Shown here: piece by piece, positions 48,454 through 61,000 of the stretch
Layout of the letters: each line of letters opens with the position of its first letter
Position numbering within the stretch: the stretch's first letter is position 1
Assembly (NCBI GenBank): GCA_020536535.1
Contig: JAHLWZ010000843.1
Coordinates: 16,792 to 80,791 of the forward strand
Origin: Pelomyxa schiedti
Taxonomy: Eukaryota; Protista; Evosea
Direction: 5' to 3'
DNA length: 64,000 bases
Made by a program: the position numbers and the translations under genes
The notes under the pieces: model-generated
Databases searched by the model: none
What the model was told of the DNA's origin: nothing
Seen by the model: only the letters and a program-made list of their open reading frames with translations

Positions 48454-50303
48454 ATGGCTTGCACGAGAACAGAGGGGCTCCAGAATGAGTCGTTCGTTCC
48501 GGTTCTCACCATGTTCAATCAAGAGATTCACGTGTTTTGGATTGTATGTATAAGTACTAGTAACTTATGGGTGTGCTTGACACCACGGCGAAATGCTTGC
48601 TGACGATCTAAATCCTAAATCTTTGGCTTCTTTTATATACACCAGCCTTACACTATACTTTTTTTTTCCCCCTCCTCCTGAAAAGCAACATGGAGTAATA
48701 TGGAACTCATTCTCAAGCAAGAGGCACAACAACAGGCAACCCTGGACTACCTTTCTTCTAAGGTATTACTGTGCTGAAAATGAATTTTCCTCACTAGATA
48801 CTCTTACCTCAAGTCAACCACACTTTGTTCCTCCTGCTGGTGACACATGCTCGGTGGCAAGAGATTTTAGCTCTGGAACCCAGGTTCCATTGAATTCTCT
48901 GGTCATACAGTCTCACTGATACTTAATTTCCTCCAATTGAAGGGGTGTGTTTATCGAGGGACAGACAATCATGTATGGATTTTAGTTCAGTCTGCTGAAT
49001 CTCATTGGGCTTGGGATGCGCGCCAGGTTACACCAGTTCCCATTTGCTGTGCGATCTTTTTTTCCCCCACCCTAAATAAATCCACAAGTTCACAGCAATT
49101 TAAGCAAGTAATCCTACTACTGAGTCAGCTGAGGGTACATTCTGGGTAGCTTATATAGGTTCTGATCTCAACGTTTATGTGGCAAATTCCAACTGGTTAT
49201 TCAACTCCATACTAACAGTCCAACTTACATTCACCTCTAGTAAAACTCCCTGGAACATATCACAGCTTACCACAACATGCCTCGCGACGGGAAATCCTTC
49301 TATTACCCTGAGCCCTTGGACACAACATATTATGTACCTAAGCTTAGATGGGCAGGTACGGCACTAGCTATTTTGCAACTGCTTAATTTTTAGTGCAGGT
49401 GCGGGAGATCCACAGAGGAGCCTATAACTCATATAAATGGACGGAAAAGATTCACTCTGAACTGCCCCCAGCTTCTATGTGTCCTCAGATGTCTATTTGC
49501 AGAGATAACAGGAAAATGTTCTCAAAGCATATCTTGTGCGCCTCGTCCTATTTCACCATTATGTTTATGCATAAAGAGAAAAGGGGATTGATAATTGTTT
49601 GTATGAGTCGCATCATGGAGACCATAATAAGTGGGTCTGGACTACAACACATCATACCCACATCCCATTTGTGTCCCATGCCTCACATATGGCAACTACA
49701 CCCACATCAAAACGTGTATTCCCCTTATTGGATTCTTTTCTTTTGACTCTTTATCAGATATGTTTGTTGTGGGTACAGAAGGAAAAATTTACGAAATTCA
49801 CCAAGGAGCCTATAACCGGGTAAAAAGCTCTTCCTTTGCCACTGATTTTCTCACCCTTTGCAGTGGCGATGGGACTGCTTCTGCATAAGCGACGCTATTC
49901 CTTCAATCAAGCCTCCAGCTTCACTGCCACAGGTGAAAAAGTCTGACCAGATGACAGCAATAACATACCGAACAAGTGACGGCGAGTTAGTTGTACTTGC
50001 AGCACTTGCTCAACAGAGGTGGACGTGGTTCTCAGAAGTCATTCCAATGATACCGTCTCCTGCATGTAAGTTGTCTGCACATTGGTTGGTTACTCAACAA
50101 GTGTTTAATACATACACAAATATATTTCTGCCACTAAAGGGAGACCCGACAGTACCAACCTGTGCGATGTATGCATGGAGAATCCCAAGAATGTTGTACT
50201 TCTTCCATGCCGCCATATGCTATGCCTCAACTGTTCCAAAAGCTTATCCAATTGTCCTCACTGCCGAGAGACAATCGTTGACCGAATGACTGTGTTCCTG
50301 TAA
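48454..50303 (+). CDS. Beta-propeller repeat protein (fucose-lectin/AAL-PLL-like) with C-terminal RING-HC finger
   Basis: Repeats IHVFWI, CVYRGTDNHVWIL..W.W, VAYIGSDLNVY, QHIMYLSLDGQVREIHRGAYN..KW, MFVVGTEGKIYEIHQGAYN..RW; last exon 50140-50303 reads CDVCMENPKNVVLLPCRHMLCLNCSKSLSNCPHCRETI..VFL*. Confidence 0.75.
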
Positions 50304-50432
50304 TGATTTCCACCAAGAAAGACACCAGGAATAAACAAAGGGAAGAGAAAGCAGAAAACAGCAAGGTAAAACTGAGGAAGAACCAAAAACTTTTTTTTTT
50401 ACATTTACAACTCATCATTCATTTACCATCAG

Positions 50433-53400
50433 TTACTCTGCCCAGGTGGTGTCAATACCAATGGCAGACCAGGGGTCGCCACCAGTGCTGTAGTACACCA
50501 TTGGATCACCCACAGTCAGTACATTGCTGTACACATCACTTTCATCATTATCTATGAGTGATTGTGATGGAGGGTTCGAGTCCCTGTGTGTCTGCTGTGG
50601 TGTACCCGGTTGTGTTGTAGTGGGTGTTGGTGGTGGTGGTGGCGACGTTGGTGTTGGTGTTGGTGTTTGGACTTGTGATTGTGGTTGTGGTTCTTGCTGC
50701 TGTGGTTGTTGTGTTACTGTGGCTGTTTGGTGTGTATCCTGCTGAGGTGATTGGGGGAGGGGGGGGCCCTGTGGGGGACTGGGTGTGGTTGCGGTTGCGG
50801 TTGTGGGTGCTGTTGTTTTTGTTGGTGTTGCTGTTGTTGTTGTGGCGGTTGTGGTGGTGGATGTGTGTGGAATTTCAACAATCAGGTGGAGGAGGGTGTT
50901 TATGACGGATTGAATTTGTACTGAAGGAAGTTCAGCTAGCTGACTGCTTCGCAGAGCATCATCATCTTCAAGATATTTTAGGGGATATTTATAACTGTTT
51001 GTTTCAAGGATTGAGGATGAACCTGAAGGTAGAAATAACTCCTTGACCCTTTTCGCTATGGATATAGAGCAGTCAGAGTGCATTTGGCTCTGTTGTGTGA
51101 CCCACAACTGTGGTAACTGAGAGACTTCACTGACCCACTGCTGGGAAGATAAAAGGGCTGCCGTGGATGAAAAAGGCTGTGTGGGTGCCGCATTTGGATT
51201 GAGGTGTCTTCCAATTTGAAGGCCGAGCTTGTTTGCTGGTCTGGTTGTAGGAAATTGACCTTGTAACAAGTGAGTAAGGCGCAGTATGGGAAGTGGTACC
51301 TGAACGCCGGAATTCAGTGCGGGTTGGAGGCTGTTGTGGTGCTGGAGGTGGAGGTGGGGGTGGAGGAGGAATGTCTGAAGAAGGTGGAGGAGGAGGAATG
51401 TTTGAGGAAGGTGGTGGGGGTGGAATGTTTGAAGAAGGCAGTGGAGGTGGCAAAATTGGAGGAAGTGGAGGTGAGGAAGTGGAGCATAGTGATTCAGAGA
51501 TTGGTTGGCTGTAAGGTAGGCAAAAACTTGATGTCGGTGAGGGAGTGTTCGTGAGTATAGGCGATGTCGGCACTGGAGCAGGAGCCACAGGGGAGAATGA
51601 AAGTTTTGGTGATGGTCCAGATACTGTTGATGCAAGAGTCTGTATGGGTGTTGTAAATGGTGATGGTGTGGGTGGAGGAGCTGAGGCTGGAGTTTGCGTT
51701 GGTGCCAGTGTTGGTGTAGGTATTGCTACAACCTCGGGGGGAGGAATGGCTTGTGATTGTGGTGGTGTTGTGTGAGATGCTGTGGGGACTATTTCTGCGG
51801 AACGTTTCAAATCTCGTGCTTTAAGTTCCTCCAATTTAGCCTCCTCAAATTGTTTTTCCATTGTAGCCAAACGTCTGGGTTGGTTATTGGCAAGGTTCCA
51901 CAAAGAAAAGAAGAGACTTTTTGAGTTTCTGCAGCAGTTCATCATTTACAGGTTCAGTTGTGAGTGGAGACTCCAGTACAGATGAAACAGGTCGATTGGC
52001 CTGCAATATATTTGCCTAGTTACAGATTCCAGATATCTACTTACTTTTTTCAAGGCAGGCCGGGAAATGGCGTTTTTTAACTCATTTCCAAACTCTGCAG
52101 TTGCAGGATGGATTTGAGGAAGGAGGTCGGGTGTTATCGAAGCATGTTTGGCACTCATAGGTCTGGAATTGGCCCTGCCAGTCAGAATGACACCACCATG
52201 TGGTGACTTCAGGCCTTCTGAGTGTAAAATGACTGGCCTTAATTTGAGAACTAAAAACCTGCAAGAGGTAAAGAAGGACCCGTAGTGGAACTTTGTTGGT
52301 TCAAGGTAGGGGGTGAGTTTGCATCACTTGTCTGCACTGCTTGTGAAAGTTCAGATGGGGGAGATAAGGAACAGCCCAGAAAACTTCGGAATTCAACCAA
52401 ATCCTGCATTTCTCAAGTCAGACCAGATACAGTATTTTGCAAAAGGTTTTGTGCCTTGTCATGTATTCCATAATCAGACAGCTTCTGGTTTGGTTCACAA
52501 AATATTCCACCTCTCCCATCAGTGCCACTTCCCGGAAGATAAATGGAATAAGTATGAATACTAGAAAGGTCTTTCTTTTCCAAGGCTCTAATGAGTCCCA
52601 GAATAGTTGTCCGTGGCTCTATGAGGATAAGGATGGGAAAACAAAAAAAAATGAGTCTTTACCAATAAGAACGGTCTCTGATTCACCAAATGGCTGATTA
52701 AAAATTTTTACATAAGGCGGTGCCGCTTCACTGGGTTTATAACAAAGTTCCAGATTGTCCTGGTGAGTGTTATATTGGATTCTACCCGATGTCCGAAGAA
52801 ATACCTCGTCCGCAAGAAGGTAACTTTGTAGTGGACGAGATTCATGGAGCCAGACTCCAGCTGCACTGAAGAACAAACCAAGGTATTCTTGGTTGTGTAC
52901 TGGAATATTTCGAAGTATTTTCTGCATTCCTTCTTTGACGGTATGGGTCAACTCAAACTTCATCTTTCTGTAAATATAAGGTGCACTTTCTTTTCAAAAA
53001 AAGGAAGACCTCCTGGCAGACAATACTGGTATTTTAATATTCAGCACAGCTGTTGGTTTCAGTGAGGAGACGAGAGTGCTAATAATTTGATCCGGTTTTA
53101 CTGATTTGCATTATGGAAAAAATTTTCAGTTTTGTTGAACCTGTTGCCGATTTTAAGGCTTCTTTTTCTTTGGAGAGCCTAAGAACTTCTGCTTGCTGCC
53201 TCATTAAACTTTATTTTGCTTTAGATTAGTAAGGTGTGAGAGTCTCATACGAGCTTTTGGCCTCGGCCAATTCTTGTCGCAGTTTTAATGTCTCTTCTTG
53301 AAGTTGTTTAGATCTGCAAATTGTGTTTTCAGTTTTCTCCTTTCCTCTCTCATCCAGCTCAAATCTGAGCGCCGATAAGTTAAGTTAATACATTGCTTAT

Positions 53401-55112
53401 AGTGTTGCGCACATGCCTTGCTTGCTCTTGGGTTGTGTGATCTTGAGAATCCCCAGTCAGCTTTCTCGCACTTAGAACATCAACATTTGGTGGAGTTCTG
53501 TTTGTTTGAGTAGCAACTCGAGGAGAAATACTGGCCAAGGGAAGAGGTGGTGGCGGAGGCGGAGGTGGAGGTGGAGGAGGTATCTCACTTTGCAACCCTG
53601 GAATTTTGTCTTGGGGTACAACAGTACTTCTAACACAAAAAAATGAAGTAAATAGATAAACTTTGGTTTGCTGAGATGATCCAACCTCTCTTCGTTATCA
53701 ATCTTTTGACTGGGTTAACTTGGTTTAAGGGAGGAGGGGGACGCACTTTCCCCCATTTTACTGCAAGGTTGATTTTTAATGGTTGTGTAAGTCTCTGGTT
53801 GTATGCTATTACAAGTTCTGAGAGTTGCTGTAGGGGGTGTCACATAGGATTAGATTGGAAATAAGGACCTTGAAACTGCCACCTGATGGATGCAGAATGT
53901 ATTCGTTTTTCACTATGGTTACGAGATTGTGCCTAATAACTTTGCCTTGATCAATGTAGGCTAAGGCCAGTTGATGCCGAGAACTGGGAAGAAAAGTTAG
54001 TGTTCCTTTTTAAAAAGTGCTTTGCATCAATATGTTTTACCCTTTTCGCAAACGAAACAAAAACATCCCAATTTCCAGCCCTGCTTCCTGAAGCAATTCC
54101 TCAGCCTCAGCAGAGGATAACTCTCCAAAAAAGAAACTTCAATTCATGAGTAGAGTTTCCAGAGGTACTACACCTTACCCCGAGTTGACCAAATTTTCAC
54201 ACTTTTCAATACAGCTTGCAATTGGACCAAAAAGAGTAACCAGTAGTTTAAATGTTGTACGTGAAATAGTAGATCTAGATCTTAGACCTGCTCAATGAGT
54301 AAAACAGGAGGGGGGTAGGGGGAATAACCATTCTCAGAGATAATGTTCAAAATACAAAATAGAGCTTCTTCCTTGCTGGGAGTAAGGGAGGTCACTGGTT
54401 GAACACCACTGAACGCATGAATAAGGTGATTCCATCCAATTTCATCGACCTTTTTAATAGAAAAAAAAAAAACCATGAAGTCAGTAGAAATGCCAACAGG
54501 ATAAGATTCACACTCTGCCAAAATTCAAACCCCAGAAAGAGTCATAGTCCAATTCTTGGGTAGAATCTCTTAAAGAAGCAGAGGCAGAGCACTTTGAACC
54601 GAGTGTGGAAACCCAACTTTCCATATCCCTGTGGCTGGCAGCAGCCAGGTTCCAGACCCCCATTGGGGACACCTAAATATCACCCCAAATGATGAACTTC
54701 AATATCAAAGCACAACAAATCACTTGGCAACCCACAATGGAAAAGCAGAAGGGCCTTGAACATCCCGCCTTTGGAGCCACTGAAGAAGCTCGCATATCAA
54801 AAACCAAGTGGGAGTCAGAATCCTACTCAGTGGGAGTAAAAAAGAAAGAAAACCTTATTCTTAAATACAACGGAATACAAAACAATATCGAACAAAGGAA
54901 ACTCACATCAGGGCTGTCAAACATCATAAGTTTTGATCCCCTCAGCACAAACCAGGCACTGTTCCAGCCCAGTCTTTCGCAGAACAAGAAGCCACTCTCC
55001 TTCATTTTTTTTTTAAAAAAAAAAGATGAACATTACAGGCTCTTTCACCAACGTAACTCCCCAGGTCGTTATCGCAAATTTTTTTTTTTTTTTTTACCTC
55101 TTGCAGCGACAT
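50433..55112 (-). CDS. PH, SH2, coiled coil, ubiquitin-like (talin F0/F1-like), WH2-like and polyproline adaptor
   Basis: MSLQE|ESGFLF..WNSAWFVLRGSKLMMF (PH); FFFGELSSAEAEELLQ..GMFLFR (SH2); MKFELTHTVKE..GLFFSAAGVWLHESRPLQSYLL (Ubl); ELKNAISRPALKK; several poly-Pro tracts. Confidence 0.7.
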
Positions 55113-55145
55113 TGTTCGCCACAACACACAACTTTTCTTTTCTGG

Positions 55146-55154
55146 AAAAAAAAA
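55146..55154 (-). terminator. Putative Pol III oligo-T terminator
   Basis: A9 on plus (T9 on minus) just 3' of the candidate RNA's terminal helix; A/T runs are common in this genome, so weak alone. Confidence 0.35.
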
Positions 55155-55167
55155 GTTGATTGGTTTC

Positions 55168-55482
55168 AATCAGATCGAAAGCCACCTTTGGGGTTCTTTC
55201 CGCGAGGAGATATTTAGTCCTCCTGGTGAACACTCAAGAAACAGCGCCGAGGGTCCAGCACCAAGTGTTGCGATTGAACGGAACGTGATTGTAAGTAAGG
55301 TGCACATACCCCCGGAACGAGCCTTAACGGGAGGTGAGCTTTTGGGCCCAACAAAGTTTCCCCAGTTTATGGCGAAGGGAGAAGTGAAACTAAGGGAGGT
55401 CGATTTTTTCAACTTCGTCACTAACTTGTTGAGGGACCTGTGCAATTTGGAAGCGGTCACTGCACCTCGAAAATGTCTGATC
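55168..55482 (-). ncRNA. Candidate structured ncRNA (about 315 nt), possibly RNase P/MRP family
   Basis: Intergenic; 5' and 3' ends pair; several hairpins with G-U pairs that only work on the minus strand; T9 tract 13 nt downstream. Confidence 0.5.
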
Positions 55483-55672
55483 ACTTCCTTTATCGTGAAG
55501 ACGCTGATATAACAATAGAGATAAAAATTTAAAAAAGAAAATGAATAAATAACATCTGGGATATCTATATTGGAAAATAAAACTGTGGTGCAGCCATGAT
55601 GAGTGGGTGTACTATTCATGTGAATAAACTTCTAAGATAAGAGAATCATTGGAGTTGTGTCTTTTCTTCTCT

Positions 55673-57412
55673 CTAGAGAAGAAAAGTTTGATTCCCCAGC
55701 ATGCTCGCGACTATCCTGAGTGCCACTGCCACCTTGTCCCTGCCATTGAAATATTGGTCCTTGATTGCAGAGAAGAATACCTCGGCATCACTCTGCATGC
55801 ACCACTGGTCAAACTCCCCCACGAGCTTTGCAGCCTCCCTGATATCTTCCACGCCTCGCGGTTTCACTTCCAGCACCCTACTCGCACGCAAATACATGTC
55901 ACATGAATCCATACCCCCCAACCTCTGGGGCAGCTGGTCATAGCTTGGAGTCCATGTGAGGCGCTGTCTCCCAGCATGCAGGTGTGGGAGGCCCGTCTGG
56001 GAGAACAGTGCCATGGAGCCCGCGCCCTCAGCAACAGCCGGGAGGGTGCATTGCTGGCACAGGTGCTCAAACACGTTCTGGACCACAGTGCCCATCATAC
56101 ACACAAGCACAGTGCTCTGGGTCATACACGAGAGAACCCTCAGGGCCTCACCAACATCACGAACACACACCAGCTGTGATTTGGTTGGTGATGATGACGC
56201 GGGTGGTGAGGACGGTGATGACGATGTCGTTGTTGTTGCCGTTGCTGCTGCCATTTCCGCTGCAGTGCTGAAAATGGTGCCATACTGACTGCGCATGTTT
56301 TTTATGAATGTGCACCACTGGTAAGAGTCAACATTGCCAAATACGAGCAGCACACGAGCTTTCTGTGCCTCGCTTTGCACCCCTGGAGAGAGTAGTGCAG
56401 ATGACAGCACCTCTAGCACTTGTGACATTGAAGGGCCCCCATCATGCTCCTCGAAGTCTGGGTGCACCGCATAGCAGGCCTGTGTGAATGTAAGTAAGCA
56501 CCACATTAATTCACAAGGAGAAATCACCTGCAGGAGGAGCCGTCCCTCAGACTTTGCACGCAACAGTACTCGCAGGAATGGCATGTATGGGTAATCGTCA
56601 TCGCCTTTCCCCGGCATTATTTCGTCGATGTCGCTTGCTGCGCTGGCGCTGAAGTAGTGGTCACACAGGGGGTCATCTAGTGTGCCAAGCTGCCTACGCC
56701 TGCCCCCTCTGGTCTCTACAAAGTCACCCACCTTGGATTTGGAGAACCCAGATGCCTGCAGGCACAGCAGCAGTGAGCAGTTGTATGTATCACAGTGAGT
56801 CTTCCAGTCGTTTGGCTCCATGAAGCATGTGCATGCAGACATGATCGTGAGCACAGTCTCTGGCAAGTCCATAGCTGACAACATTGGTGCGCTCTCCCTG
56901 TTTGTTTTTCAGAGTCAGTTGAGTGCAAAAGTGGGGAAAAAAAAAAAAAAAAAAAGGTACTCGTATTCGTCGTCTTCAGTGGTGCCAACTCGAACGAGAT
57001 CAACTCGTAGGTCGCCGACCCTGTCACAGGTCTGTGTGACAGAAGAATCAGGGTTGAATCCCGTGATGAGCTTTTGCAGCTTTACGGCGTTGCATCGCGT
57101 GAGGAGAACGTGGAACGTGCCGCGGAAGCCCAGGTCCCTCACGTGCCGCATAAGGGCAACGACGGTGGCCGGGTGACCATTCTGAATACACCGAGTGGTA
57201 ACAGCTACTCTAACCTGCGTAGTACTGTGTGTTATTGGGGTGTCATGCGCCCACAAACAAGTGTTTTTCGGTTGTGTGTGTGGCTTGGTTTTTTCCCTTA
57301 CCTCTGAGAGTGATTCGAGGAATCCTGCCAGAGACCGCAGGGACGGGCGCTGTGGCTCGTGCAGAACGTGGTTGAGCGTTGGAGAGCGTGGCTCGTTGTC
57401 GAATTGGTTCAT
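55673..57412 (-). CDS. Hypothetical protein (about 500 aa) with few introns
   Basis: ORF 56915-57412 joined by a T-rich GT-AG intron (near 56905-56958) to a 1.2-kb ORF; no domain recognised. Confidence 0.6.
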
Positions 57413-58071
57413 TATTGTTTGTGGTTGTTTTTGGTTTTTCTGCTGTACGCATAAAGCAGAATAAATTTCTCACCTACCTTCTGTTGGGTTCGTGAGTACG
57501 CAGAAGGTGCGATTTTTTCCGAGTAGTGCGCACGAATTTCGGTTTCCCCTAAGTGCCAAGTTCAGATGGCAGAAGCGTGTCACTCTGATTATCTTTCGCT
57601 TGATTGTCCTGCAGTTCTTGGTTCTCCAAACATCAGCCACTGCAGCTAGGAGTGCTTCTCTTTGCGGCTAGCTGACAACCACACACCAGCTTCTTTTGGG
57701 TTTCCTAACTTCCAACTGAGTAAGCTTGGTATTGTTCCTAAAGGTTCATATCCTACACTATCTCCAACTTCTTTGGCGTAGAGGTGTGAGGTTCTTCTGG
57801 GGTAATGTCCCTCTCCCCAGTGTATAAAAACAACTCTGAAAACTGAGGACAACAGCTGTGGCTCAGCGATTAACATCCTCCAGTACACCCACTGAGACTC
57901 ACAGTCGCACCGCCAAAAATCCTCTTCCAGCCCGGGTTTGATGGAGCGTTAGCCGAAGGGGAAACCGCGAACAAGTAAAATAATCCACGATCACGACCCT
58001 CCAAACAAAAACAAACGAACGACTACAAAAGGATCAATATTGAATTCTCGGTGTTGTGGCCGCCGTACTCG

Positions 58072-61000
58072 ATGGGTACGTTTTGTGGTGTCCCATATTT
58101 TGATTTTTAGAGAAGTTAGAAATTTTTAAAAAATGTCTTATCCTCCTTGTGTAGCCAATAGGGTGCTCAATTCTTCCTCTGGCACTATTTTAATACCAAG
58201 TGCTACTACTGGAGGACCTGGTTCTGCATCTGCTCTTGTGCAAGGGGCTTCATTGATAATCAAGGCCACACATGCAGTGCAAAATGCAAACGAACCTTAC
58301 CACGTATGTGGGATTCTGTCTTTACTGCAGTTATTCCCTAAGAGGGAGTAATAAAATGTAAGTAATCGAACAAGGTTTATGAAGTGCAAGCAACTAGAGC
58401 GGGCGTTACTTGGATATTTTATCGCAGATACAGGCAGATACACTACTTTGCCTCACAGGTATTTCCTCCCCTCTAAACCCACAGTAGTGATTTATCCTCT
58501 TCAAAGATTGCACCGTTTCTCAAACCAAATGAAAACGAGTTACTACCACAGAAAAAAGTGCTTGGAAGTTCGTCTTTTCCTCCTTTTCTATAACTGTCCA
58601 ACTGTTCTTTTTCAGAAATGGAGGCAGCCTTTGTAAAGCAACGAACAGCACAATTGCAATCATACTTTGATGTGGTTAATGCCAATCAAGCTGTTTCTGC
58701 CTCGTCCACACTTGCCTCATTCATAGATCCAAGAATTAGTGTATGAAATGTGATTTCCTGTATTAATTAGGGCTTATAACCCCAGCCAGCTCTGGTTTCT
58801 ATTACAGATGGAATAAAAGAAGGATATCTCTGTATCCAAGAGAACCTACGCAGCACAAGCTTCAATGTGCATATGCATTCTCGAATTCTTCCACACCTAA
58901 CATCGACTCTAGCTTTCCATTCCTGGAGTTCGTACATGGAAATTGCGTTGGTGTATTCTCAGTAGGACGAATTTTTGTTTGTACCTTTTCAAAACCCGAG
59001 AGGTGGAATTACTTTCTACCTTATGTAAGTCACTCTATTCAGGCCTATGCGACTCCAAAGAGGATGATTGAGCTTTCAGCATATTGTAGGTATAAATACA
59101 CACAAAACTAAACCTCACATAATAATGTATTTTTCTTTTAGCATTGAACCTTTCCAAATTAAAACTTTTTATTGCATGAAAATTCAGAAGTGGTATGACG
59201 ATAACCAAGAACCTCTTCCCATTTTAAGGTTTTACTTTCTTTCTTCCTTCCTTGGAGTCTCATTTATTTACAGATCTGAAACACTACCCGACCTTCTTTC
59301 TTGGTGTGAAACATTAAAGCACTTAATAGCGGAAAAATCCCATGAAACTCAACATCACCCACCAGTGGAGCCTACACATACTGACATTCTATCCCTTCCA
59401 ACTCCTCCTACCACCAGCCACAATCTACCCACCGAGTCGTCTTTTGAGCCTTTTTCTCCTGTTGTTGATTCTGATGTTGGCCCTGTATTACCACCAAAAA
59501 CAACCAGTGTTCCTGTCACAACTGTAGCCCAACCAACATGTACCCCAACTCCAACTGTTGAACCCCCTGCCCCAGAGAAGCCAGCTCCTTATCTATGCTT
59601 GTGCCGGTGTTTATATGATTATTCAGCCACTGAACCCAGAGAGCTTACATTTTCAGAAGGGGATATAATACAAGTCATTTCACAGGATGACAGTGGTTGG
59701 TGGCAGGGACGCTTAAATGGCAAAACAGGGTGGTTCCCCTCAAATTTTGTTGAGGTTGCCACAGAAATACCACTGGAAAAACCAGTAACTCCGACCCAAG
59801 TCCAATCCCCTCAACCACCAATGGTTTTACAACCACTCGAACCTGCTCAGATTTCTAAGCCATCTACGGGAGTAATCCAAGCACCACCAGCATCTCAAAA
59901 CACAAACACACCACAATTGCAACCGCCACCAAGTTCAATTCCTCAGTCAGATTCGGAACCCAATCCATTTGATATTGTACGCCCTTTATTATGTTCTTTT
60001 TCTACTTCTTCCCCAGTTCTCCAGAAAACTCCACCTCTGGAAGTGACTCCATCTAGAGGAGAACCCCAGCTTGATCCAGATAACCCCTTTCTGTCTTTAT
60101 TGCACTCTAATAAAGAGCAAGTGAAAAAGGTTTGTGGGAATATACAACTCACGTACAATACGTAAAACAGTACAGGTATCATATACAGCTGACACATTGC
60201 TATCACAACTTTCTGCACTATCTGTACCCGGGAATGTACCTGTTGAACAAACTGCAATCAAGGACATTAGAGCCACATTAGTTTCCCTCAACTTTTAATC
60301 ACTTTATGGTTTACAACAGCTTCAGGCCAAAGCAAATCATATCCCAGATGTGGAAAGTAACTTACTTTTCTTGCTATTTTATCCCTAAATACTTTAACCC
60401 TGCAAGCTGAGAGATATGGATTGTTTCTCAACGATTCTTGGATGGATGAAACACCTCAATTTAAAGATTTTGGAATTTCTGCAACAGTCTGTACCTCCAA
60501 TCACAGAAGAATGTGCCCATTTTCGTGCACAGGACCGTCTTTCATTTGCCAGAATGAAAAAACCCCTGGCCCGTTCAATGAAGGCGACCACTCAGCCAGC
60601 AAATATGCAAATCGTAGCCAATTCACATCTCGAAGGCGCCACAGGCCACAGTACATTGGGACTACTTCCAGGAGAAAAGCTCAATTTAGAGTTGGGTGGA
60701 ATTATTCATATACACTCATCCGGTTAGTGCTAGAATTGGCGTGGAAAGCTAACATATTACCTTCAGTGACTGGTGGAAATTCTTGTATCAATGGCGTTTT
60801 CTATGTCACCAATTTCCGGCTTTTCTTCAAGGCAAAAGAGCCTCCTCCAGGCACCTCTGAGTCAGCTACCCCAACTTGCTTCAGAGATGGGTTTGAGGCA
60901 AGCCATTTAAATGTCGTTTTTTGTGTAACATTTTATTCTCCGTGGAATAGGTTCCTATTGCAAGTATTTATGAAATACAAAAGGTTGTTGGTTTTATATA

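Noticed and set aside
143-50303. A ubiquitin-system gene cluster (OTU, B-box, F-box, Ubl/E2, EDEM, RING)
   Set aside because: Genes are interspersed with unrelated ones on both strands and such domains are abundant in amoeboid genomes; no sign of operon-like linkage
51127-51635. Apparent frameshift or overlapping ORFs in the PH-SH2 gene
   Set aside because: Explained by a 40-nt GT-AG intron (gtaccac...tacaag, about 51260-51299)
55168-55482. SRP, U1-U6, U3 or telomerase RNA identity for the structured RNA
   Set aside because: No SRP helix 8 motif, no snRNA 5' signatures, no complete box C, and no CCCUAA template seen
55156-55619. Protein-coding ORFs of 118 aa (+) and 149 aa (-)
   Set aside because: No recognisable motifs; the plus ORF lacks an ATG start and the minus ORF begins in AT-rich UTR-like sequence; RNA structure explains the region better
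57480-58070. Small gene or RNA in the divergent spacer
   Set aside because: Only short ORFs and no convincing structure by eye
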